NCBI GenBank assembly: GCA_951406725.2
Contig: OX597823.1
Location: 90,334,001 to 90,398,000 of the forward strand
DNA length: 64,000 nucleotides
Direction: 5' to 3'
From: Octopus vulgaris
Taxonomy: Eukaryota
Below are positions 54,612 through 64,000 of this stretch, one piece after another. A model generated the notes under the pieces. The model was not told the DNA's origin and ran no database searches. It saw only the letters and a list, made by a program, of their open reading frames with translations. A program made the translations under genes and the position numbers. Positions within the stretch are counted from its first letter, which is position 1. Each line of letters starts with the position of its first letter.

Positions 54612-55697
54612 TATATACATATTAGAGGGAAACCACTATGTGGACACCCTTATGCTAGAAATAGATCCGCTATGGTCATATATATATATACACTGTGCCG
54701 GTGACACGTAAAAAGCACCCACTACACTCGCGGAGTGGTTGGCGTTAGGAATGGCATCCAGCTGTAGAAACACTGCCAGACCAGGCTGGAGCCTGGTGCA
54801 GCCCCTGGCTTCCCAGACCCTGGTCGAACCGTCCAACCCGTGCTAGCACGGAAAACGGACGTTAAACGATGATGATGATGTGTGTGTGTGTGTGTGTGCA
54901 TATGTATGTATGTGTGTGTGCATAAACATATGACTATGTATATACCTCTCTCCTTATACAAACATACATGCACACATACATATATGTATCAACATCATCA
55001 TGGTTTAACGTCTGCTTTCTATGCTGGCATGGGTTGGACGATTTGACTGAGGGCTGGCAAACCAGAGGCTGCAACAGGCTCAATCTGATCTGGCAAAGTT
55101 TCTACAGTTGTATGACATTCCTAATGCCAACCACTCCGAGAGTGTAGTGGGTGCTTTTACATGCCACTGGCATGAGGGCCAGTCAGGCGGTTCTGGCAAT
55201 GACCAAAAAGGTGTTTTTATATGTTTGAAGGATTAGAAAAAAATCAGAGACAAAGAGAAAAGTACAGATAAACGAGTGAGAAATAGTGGGCGTCAAAGAA
55301 AGGGAGGGCCAAGAAATGTGAAAGGAGGGGAGCGAGAAAAAGGAAGAAAAATGAGAGGGGGAATAAAAGAGAGAGTAAGAGTCGTACAAAATTTAAATAC
55401 ACATACAAAGTCGATAATTGTGACTGAGGGTGCAGGGCAGCACCTATGTTGCTAGAAATAAGAGGTAAAAACCGCCTAAGTCTCAAAGAAGCACAAGTCT
55501 ATGTACAGAGAGGGGAGCTAACTGTCCCACAGGAAGTGAGAACATCAGATTAAAATTCTAGTTTCATCTGAAATTGAAGCTCTACGGTGATGGCTCCTCT
55601 GGCGCTGAATGGTTTGGTCAAATCCCAACTGTCAGAATATATTTCTGACCACATGAATCAGTGGCGGATTCAGCAAAATGATAATGTGAAAATTATA

Positions 55698-55841
55698 AAA
55701 TAATGAAGGTAGCTATACACAATATAAACCACATAGGAAGAATTCATTTGTTACTAATTGTGACTGACAGTCAGTCATGATTAGTGATGACTGAATTCTT
55801 CCTTTTTGGTTTTATGTTGCTTAGAGCTGCCTTCGTTATTT
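55698..55841 (+). repeat. About 71-bp-arm imperfect palindrome centred on 55769
   Basis: Manual pairing outward from tgactgac-a-gtcagtca to aaataatgaaggtagct / agctgccttcgttattt. Confidence 0.9.
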
Positions 55842-56145
55842 CATATATATATACATTTTAGTGGGCGTTTGTGTAATATTTAATATTTCATATATTCATT
55901 TCACTAATCTTGGATCCCCTCGATAATGTCGTGTTAACATATTTTTTCGGAAATATTAATATTAATGATATTTTATTTTTGTGTGCACATGTGTGTGTGT
56001 GTGTGTGTGCGCACATGTGTGTGTGTGCGCACATGTGTGTGTGTGTGTGTGTGTGTCTATATGTTAATGCAATAGAAACAACTATTGGCTTTATAAGGTG
56101 AGATCTGTAATAACGATATAATTTTCTCTATACTTATTTTTTGTT

Positions 56146-56581
56146 CAGTTCTATATTTCAGAGATGAGCAATTATTTACATTTGACGGATATCTATCCTC
56201 ATCTTGATTGTTGTTAACACAATGTTTTGACCGATATACCTTCCAGCCTTCATCAGGTGTCTTGGGGAAATTTTGAACCTGGATTCTCATTCCTAAGGTA
56301 TTTTTCGATGATGATGATGTTTTTGTTGTTGTTTTCTTCTTCTTTTTCTTATTTTATGTTTGACTTTTGCTTTGCTTTACAAGTTGGCTCCAAGTTTCAC
56401 CCAGAGTTGGTCTTGTACATAGTGTTGTTCTAGAGAATGTTTAAGAAACCATAAGAAAATTATGTGTTTGTTTTAAAATTTGAAATTACATAGACAGTAT
56501 TTTACGTAGGATATGGGCAGTTCCCATGAGCACTATTTTTTGAATTTCTACCATTTTGGGGTTTCCTGGTATCTGAACTAG

Positions 56582-56616
<35 letters not shown>

Positions 56617-56991
56617 GAGTGAGAGAGCAGTGCATGCCATCAAAGTGACACTGGGGTAAAATATACGAAGCCCAATATACCCATCATGACTACCCGTCTG
56701 ATAAAGGTACACCAGGCACATGCATCACAACCATATGTGCACGACATGGTGATCTCAAATCAAGATAAACAGCACATGACCTTATTATTATTATTGTTAT
56801 TATTATTATTATCATTATTATTATTATTATTATTCAGGTCATTGCCTGGAATCAAACTTGGAATCTTGGGGTTAGTAGTCTGAGCTGTTAACCACTACAC
56901 AATATGCCTGTGGCATATATATAACATTGAAAAATACCTTAGGAATGAGAACCCAGGTTCGAAATTTCCCCAAGACACCTGATGAAGGCTG
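56146..56991 (-). mobile_element. Hammerhead-tailed composite element, copy 3 (two insertions in the spacer)
   Basis: Tail 56310-56146 (CTGATGA at 56256-56250), head 56908-56832, and truncated inverted tail 56922-56991 (CTGATGA at 56979-56985). Confidence 0.8.
56348..56583 (-). mobile_element. R4/Dong-type LINE extreme 3' end
   Basis: YLVQIPGNPKMVEIQKIVLMGTAHILRKILSM* plus a 3' UTR matching 21728-21920. Confidence 0.88.
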
Positions 56992-57950
56992 CTCACTTAG
57001 CCAGCGGGGTGGCGACATTTGAAGGCTAAAACAATGTGAAGTGCATTATGACCAGCGGTGTGTAGCAACATCTGATAGCCTGGTCGGTCACGGTGATATA
57101 TATATATATATATATATATACATACCATTAATATTTTTTACTGGATTTTAAAACTCATCAGTTTATCACAAAACCATTCACACCAAAAGCACATAAAAGT
57201 TTGTTTACAAAAAACAACTACGAACTAAAAATAGTTCTTAAGTTTGACAGAAACAGGGAGGCTAATTTGCTGGTGTAATAGTAACAAATTTAGTTGTGTT
57301 AACAAAACAATATGCGTTTGTGTCCTATGCAGATGGGAAAGACTACTATTATTATGTCCCATCATTAGACTATTTCCCTTCGTCCTTGCACGGTGATTAC
57401 TATAAGCTTTAAGCTTATATAAAAACCAATATCATTAATTACAGAATTGTAAAACTCAGCACCATATAACAAAACCATTCACGCATATATATCATCATCA
57501 TCAGCATCGTTTAATGTCTGCTTTCCATGCTAGCATGGGTTGGACGATTTGACAGGACTGGCGAACCAGATGGCTGCACCAGGCTCCAATCTTGATCTGG
57601 TAGAGTTTCTACAGCTGGATGCCCTTTCTAATGCCAATCACTCTGACAGTGTAGTGGGTGCTTTTAAAGTGCCATCGGCACGAGGGCCAGTCTGGCAGTA
57701 CTGGCAATGGCCGTGCTTGAAAAAGTGGTGTATTTTACATGCCACTTGCACCGGAGTCAGTCCAGCAGCACTGGCAACGACCTCGCTCGAATGTTTTGTT
57801 CACGTACCAGTGAGGCGACGCTGACAATGATCATGCTCAAATGGTGCTCTTTTACGTGCCAGACAGATCCTCTGGCAGTGATCCCACTTGGATGGAGCTG
57901 TTAGCGCTCCACTGGCATGGGTGCAAGTCATTGAATTTTGTTCAATTTCG

Positions 57951-58007
<57 letters not shown>

Positions 58008-58059
58008 CTTTGCTGAACCCTATATATATATTTGCTGAACCCTATTTATAAATTATATA

Positions 58060-58108
<49 letters not shown>

Positions 58109-58309
58109 TGCAGGTATGACTGTGTGGTAAGAAGTCTGTTTCCCAACCACATGAACTAGATTCAATCCCACAATGTGATAGTTTGTGCAAGTGTCTTTTA
58201 CTGTAGCCCCAGGGTGACCAAAGCCTTTTGAAAGAATCTTGCAAACAAACTGAAAGAAGCTCATCATATATATATATACATATATATATATATACACATA
58301 TATATATAT

Positions 58310-58349
<40 letters not shown>

Positions 58350-58372
58350 TGTTTATTTTGGTTGAGTTTCAC

Positions 58373-58429
58373 CTGTGAATACATATGATCTTCAGGCAAG
58401 CCATTATCTTCAGGATCTTCATTCATAGC
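58373..58429 (-). CDS. Candidate 57-nt internal exon (AMNEDPEDNGLPEDHMYSQ), host gene unknown
   Basis: Minus strand aagcag|GCTATG...TCACAG|gtgaaa; phase 0-0, open frame, non-repetitive. The polypyrimidine tract is weak and no partner exon was identified. Confidence 0.3.
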
Positions 58430-59328
58430 CTGCTTAAAGATCATGTGCACTCACAAATGAAACTTAGAGTAGCAAGAGACTGACTTGACCAAAATAATGT
58501 AATTCATAAATCTTTATTATGGCATTGAGTTATCCTTTTTCTTATGTATATATGTAAAAATATACACATAGAAAGAGAGAGATAGAGAGAAGGGGAGAGA
58601 AAGTTTGTAAGGTAGATAACCACAGTTAAGATTGAGACATATTTTTATATGGAGCATAATATACAGATTGCAAAATCTCGACATCTGTTTCAAGATGGCT
58701 ATAACTAACTTAATAATCATATTTATAAGTGATATGTGCAATGATGTCATGGGAACATGCCCAGCAACAAGTCCAGATGCAACTTTTTAATAAGTTAGGC
58801 AGCCCCTTTCAAGAGCATAGTGACACACACACACACACACACACATACTTACACATATACGTACGTTTATACACATATATATATATATAAACATATACAT
58901 ACACACATCATCATCACTTAACGTCTGCTTTCCATGCTGGCATGGGTTGGACGGTTTGACCAATTTTCCGCTTTAAAAGTTAGTGGTTTTTTTATTACCG
59001 GCAAAGGACTGCGGCTGTGCAGTAGATTTTGAAAAAGTTAGGACGTATAAACACAGGGCAAGTAGTTTTGATCATCCCATGTGTATACGTTTAACCCTTG
59101 GTGGTCCTGCTAAAGAAGATTACACCTAGCGAGTTCCTTGACTCACTAAACTAAAATCAGAAACCAATTGGTCCAGGAAACTAGATGGTAAAATGTTTTT
59201 CATTTTTCAATTCGTTCCTGTCGTTTTTTATCCCTAATTTTTCTGGTTATAGAACCTAGCTGTTCCTTCTAGCATGTTGAATTCCTATAAGTGGATTCCT
59301 TGTGTGTTTAAATATACACTATATTGTA

Positions 59329-59379
<51 letters not shown>

Positions 59380-60197
59380 CACCCACACATCTACATCCAC
59401 ATACAGGTATGTATGAATGGTTCTGTTCCTTCTCACTTCTGCAGTCACAATGTTTAGGGACATGATTTAATCCAATTACATAAATATTCTTTAGGTTTTA
59501 TTGCAGCATTTCTGTCTGTTTGTCTGTCTGTCTGCCTCTCACAACAGTGCTACAGAGATGCGTTGGTTTAGCTATACCTTGGATGGTGGTGGGCGAAGGA
59601 TAGAAATGATAGCTGAAGCACAAAGTGGGGTGTGTGACAGAGAGGGGGTAGGAAAACAAACAGACAGATAGAAGTGGGGTGAATGGTAAAATATTGGAAG
59701 AGAATGGTATAAAAAAAATAGAGGTATTAAGAATAACATAATAGATAGACAGATAATAAAATAAGATAAATATGTCTACAAGACAGCCGTACATACACAC
59801 AGGAAGACAGACAGACAGACATTCACAGTGCCAGACAAACAGACAGACAAATCAAAAGATGGTGCACAATAGTATGTTTATACAATTGGTGGTCTATAGA
59901 AATAAGTTTCCAAGGAAGGTGTTGTGATGTTTTTGAGACAGAACAGAAAAGGTGGGTTTTATTATTAGTATCAAAAATCATTATCCTCACCTGTCTGCTA
60001 GGTGAGCAATGTTCCAGTGGAATCTCAACATTGGTATTTTGTTGAGAAACTAGTTGTGAGGAATAAGGAAAATGGTTTTCGGGAAAGTCTGAGTATTGAC
60101 AAGAATCAAGTCACTGGTCTGTTATGAAGGATTTTTGATCCAGGACTGTAGATAACTTCCAGAAACTTCTGCCCTATTCTACATTAGCATTTTGTTG

Positions 60198-60488
60198 GTG
60201 AAAGTGTGTAATTTAGTGGTTTGGGTATTCGGCTCACAACTGTAAGGCTGTGAGTTCAATACCTGGTGGAGCAAGACACTTTATTTCATGTTGCTCCAGT
60301 CCTCTTACCTGGTAAAAATGGCTGGCCTTGTCACATTCTATGTCACACTGAATCTTCCCAAGAACTATGTTAAGGGTACACGTGTCTGTGGAGTACTGAG
60401 CCACCTGCATGTTAATTTCACGAGCAGGCTGTTCCATTGATTGGATAAACTGGAACCCTTGTCAGCATAACCAATGGTGTGTCAGTTA
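60198..60488 (+). mobile_element. SINE sharing the family-B tail with a different tRNA-like head; 12-bp TSD
   Basis: TSD agcattttgttg on both sides; tail gccttgtcaca...gagaactatgttaagggtacacgtgtctgtggag. Confidence 0.8.
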
Positions 60489-61098
60489 AGCATTTTGTTG
60501 AGTACAAATGATGAGGAAGGAAAGCGAACTTCTTTGGGAAAATCTGGATATTGACAAGAATCAAGTCCCTGAATTACTATGAAGAACTTTTGATCCAAGT
60601 TCTGAGGGTAACTTCCAGAAGTTTCTGGTCTCTTCTATAGTATTTTGTAAAGGAACAGTGGAGAACAACAAGATTTTGTCAGGTAGACTCAGTGCATATT
60701 TGGTTGATTTGATGATAACTCTTAAATCACAATCTAAAAGCTGCTGGCTTCACACACATGAAATGTTTTTCAGTCAAACTGGGATAGATACCATATAGAC
60801 ATTAAACGAATCTTAGTCTTCCAATTCAAATCAGATACATTCAAGATGTTGTTTTAAACAAGTACTCAAAATTCATTCTGATGCATAGATCTGGTTTTGA
60901 AAGTAAGCTCTTCATTTCTTCAGAGTCCATACTTCACAGCAATAAATGCCTTCTGAACAAGTGTGTGCTTGCATTAACCTTATTTTAAACTGAGTTGGGA
61001 CACTTTTGCTGGTTTAGGTGTTATTAAATAAGTGCATAGCTTATACATGAGTAAAAACAGTAAACAGCTCGTCATTGTTCTTCACTATATACATACAT

Positions 61099-61520
61099 CG
61101 GGGCTGGATTAAGACCCCTAGAGACCCCGAGCACTTAAAAGATTTTGGTACCCCCATATATATGTATTTCAAAATATAAACAGTAATAAACCATAAAATA
61201 ATTTTTTATTTTTCAAAAGGAAACAAAACTAAAAGTAAGACAGAAAATGACGCTCATTTTTGTATACTCCTACTTTATACTTGAAAAGTTTTCTCTTACT
61301 TTTTATCAATTGCAAAGTCTTTCGTCAGATCTTCAAAATTAATCTTACGTAACACATCTGATAATTATATTTCCTATCATATAAACCACTTCAAATATTA
61401 TTTTGGCAAGTTTAAAGTGATTTCTTTTGTGGTGTAGACCATTTACCATTTTTCTGTTGTCTCACCTTCCCTCGATTCCCTAAGCAGGTGATTGTTTTGC
61501 TTAATGGCTATCCAGCACTG
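61099..61520 (-). mobile_element. Internally deleted hAT (Tip100-like) element
   Basis: Ends cggggctggat.../...atccagcactg. The minus strand near 61290-61360 gives DVLRKINFEDLTKDFAI, like the hAT transposase C-terminus. The TSD is degenerate. Confidence 0.65.
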
Positions 61521-62897
61521 ATGCACATATTGTCACATTTGCCTAACATCAAAAGTACAAAAACATAAAGTTTCACACTAAAAGGCAAAAAAAAAATTAT
61601 AAATGACAACGGTAGGTTTTAGTGCCATGATGTAAATATATTTTTGGGAAGCTGGCATAATTGAAAACAGCAGTAAATAGTCATGTGATGTGAACCTGAT
61701 GTTCAATTGGTTTAAATTGATGTTGTATTTTAACCAATCAAATGTGTTAGAAGTAAGAGCTCTCAGGAACCAATTTTGATGAGAGTGAGACAATAAAAGC
61801 CACAGGAATTTATATACACAAGGGAGAACTTCTGGCTTTGATAGATTAACTGCTGCTGCTGGTCTCTCTCTTGAATACTGCTGTGATTACTTAGTCTATA
61901 CATACATACATACGTACATACATGCATACATACATACATACACGCGTGTATATATGTGATGTGAATGCATGTGAATATATATGTGTGTGTGTGTGTATAA
62001 ATATATATATGTATGTATATATATATATGATGTGCATATATATGTGTGCATGTGTGTGTGCATACACATGTGTCCATATATATGTATGTATATACATATG
62101 TACATCTATATATGTGTGTGTGTGTGTATGTATATATATATATATGTATTAACACATATGGTCATATATATATATATATACTCGATAAGTACTATATATA
62201 TACACGTAAATATGTGTATGTATATATATATTTGTGCATGTCCCCTACATACTTGTGGATATATATCTACATTTACACATATTTCCACACATATGCATAT
62301 GTTCATACAAATATATGTACACACACACATACACACACACATGTGCAGATGTAAACATTCAAACATTATGTACGTACATTATATATTCAAATATGTATAC
62401 ATTTGCAAGCACATGCTTATACACACACACACACTCCTAATATGCGTACACACATATATGTGTGTATGTGTGTGTATGTACAGCACACACACATGCAATA
62501 CACAATTCCATTTGTGAAAGTGAATCAGTTGAGAGGGAGTGTGTTGATGACCTTTATGAATCCTCCCTGAATTGGTGAAAGTGATGTGGCCAATGGCCTG
62601 TCTGAACCAATCTGGCAGATACCCAGTGGACACAGGTCAGTGCCTGGTGTCTAGTGGTGGAGGACTTGGGGGGGGGTGAGGGGCATTACTGTAATCTCAG
62701 TTTAAATCTATCATTCTTCCATGCACCAGTATATATGTCGTGAGCATAGGAATGAATACACATGCATACACACACATAGATGCTGATACACACACACACA
62801 CACACATATTCTCACATATATACACATGTAAATGTCCTCACACATATATGAATATATATACATGTATATTTACATATATACACATACACAAACATGC

Positions 62898-62930
<33 letters not shown>

Positions 62931-63194
62931 CATATGTATACACATAGGCACAGGAATGGCTGTGTGGTAAGGAGGTTGCTTCCCAACCACATGGTTCTGG
63001 GTTCAGTCCCACTGTGTGGTACCTTGGGAAAGTGTCTTCTACTATAGCCTTGGGCCGACCAAACCCTTGTGAGTGGATTTGGTAGATGGAGACTGAAAGA
63101 AGCCTGTCGTGTATATATATATATATATATATATATACATGAATATGTTCTTGTGCCTGTGTTTGTCCCCCTACCATCGCTTGACAACTGATAT

Positions 63195-63920
63195 AATGTG
63201 TCTCGAGGAAACATGTTCCAGAAGATGCCTAGAAGAGAGTATGGTGACAGAAGAATCTGGAAGAATGGGTTATGTTGCAAGAGAGTATGTGGCACAGTGA
63301 GAGATGGACATATGGATGGGATGGATGTAAGTTCCTCAAATATTGTAGAGAACATAATGTATTTGAAATGTAGGTGTATAGGTGAGTTACTTACAAGGGT
63401 CTCTTACAAGAACCATGTTGTTAGATGTTGCTTATAGGAGATGAGGGTAGGGAATGGTGAACGGAAGTGGGTGGTGAATATGAATGATGAATGAAGAAAT
63501 GACGATAAGAGTGATAGATGGGATGATGTCAACTGGGAGCAGCTGAGGGGAGAAAGTGTGGGGAGGAATCATGAAGTGTTGTAATGGGAAACAGGGCTTG
63601 ATTTCATTTCTTACAGCAGAAGGGTGGTGCTGTAGATAGGAGAGGAATGGAGGGATGAGTGATAGGAAGATGAAGGGTGGGGTTAAAGGTTGCAAGAGCA
63701 TGTGTGTGTGTGTGGGGAGGAGTAAGAAATGGATTAAACAAGGATGGGGTCGATAAAAGTAAGACTCAGGGATGTATATCAATAGGAAGTGATTCAGAGA
63801 AGGGATCCAGTTGTTTGGTTTGGTAGAAGGAGAGGAGAGAGAAAAAAGTAACAATTGTAGCTTTGTCAAAGATAAATAAAATGAGGGATCCAATTGTGTG
63901 TAGGACACTCGGTGAAGGGT
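63195..63920 (-). mobile_element. Decayed Penelope-like element coding fragment (RT thumb/linker region)
   Basis: Frameshifted pieces STKPNN, MIPPHTFSPQL, PTLISYKQ....L*ETLVS and SHCAT resemble PLE Y.KPT, IP...TYHP, P.ISYKR..NL.D.LV.S and C..C motifs. Confidence 0.45.
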
Positions 63921-64000
63921 ATATATATATATATATTTTTTGCTTGTTTCAGTCATTTGACTGCGGCCATGCTGGAGCACCGCCTTTAGTCGAGCAAATC

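Overview
AT-rich, repeat-saturated eukaryotic (animal) DNA, most likely intronic or intergenic. The SINE set and the extreme (TA)n/(CA)n/(AAT)n/(GAT)n microsatellite load look like an Octopus genome (inference from recalled repeat families; not searched). No intact protein-coding gene is supported: nearly all listed ORFs are microsatellite or SINE read-throughs, and only weak micro-exon candidates were seen. Recognisable content: at least four SINE-like families, a decayed mariner split by a SINE, a near-complete decayed Tc1 element with long TIRs, several R4/Dong-type restriction-like-endonuclease LINE 3' ends all sitting in (AAT)n tracts, RTE and Penelope-like relics, a Helitron, and piggyBac/hAT-type MITEs. 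The most unusual signal is a set of non-autonomous elements carrying minimal hammerhead-ribozyme-like motifs of the Penelope type. One family, present in three copies, joins a tRNA-like Pol III head, an (AAT)n spacer and a hammerhead-bearing tail, with an inverted copy of the tail at its 5' end. It is a candidate SINE mobilised by Penelope-like elements. All alignments and translations were done by eye, so boundaries are approximate.
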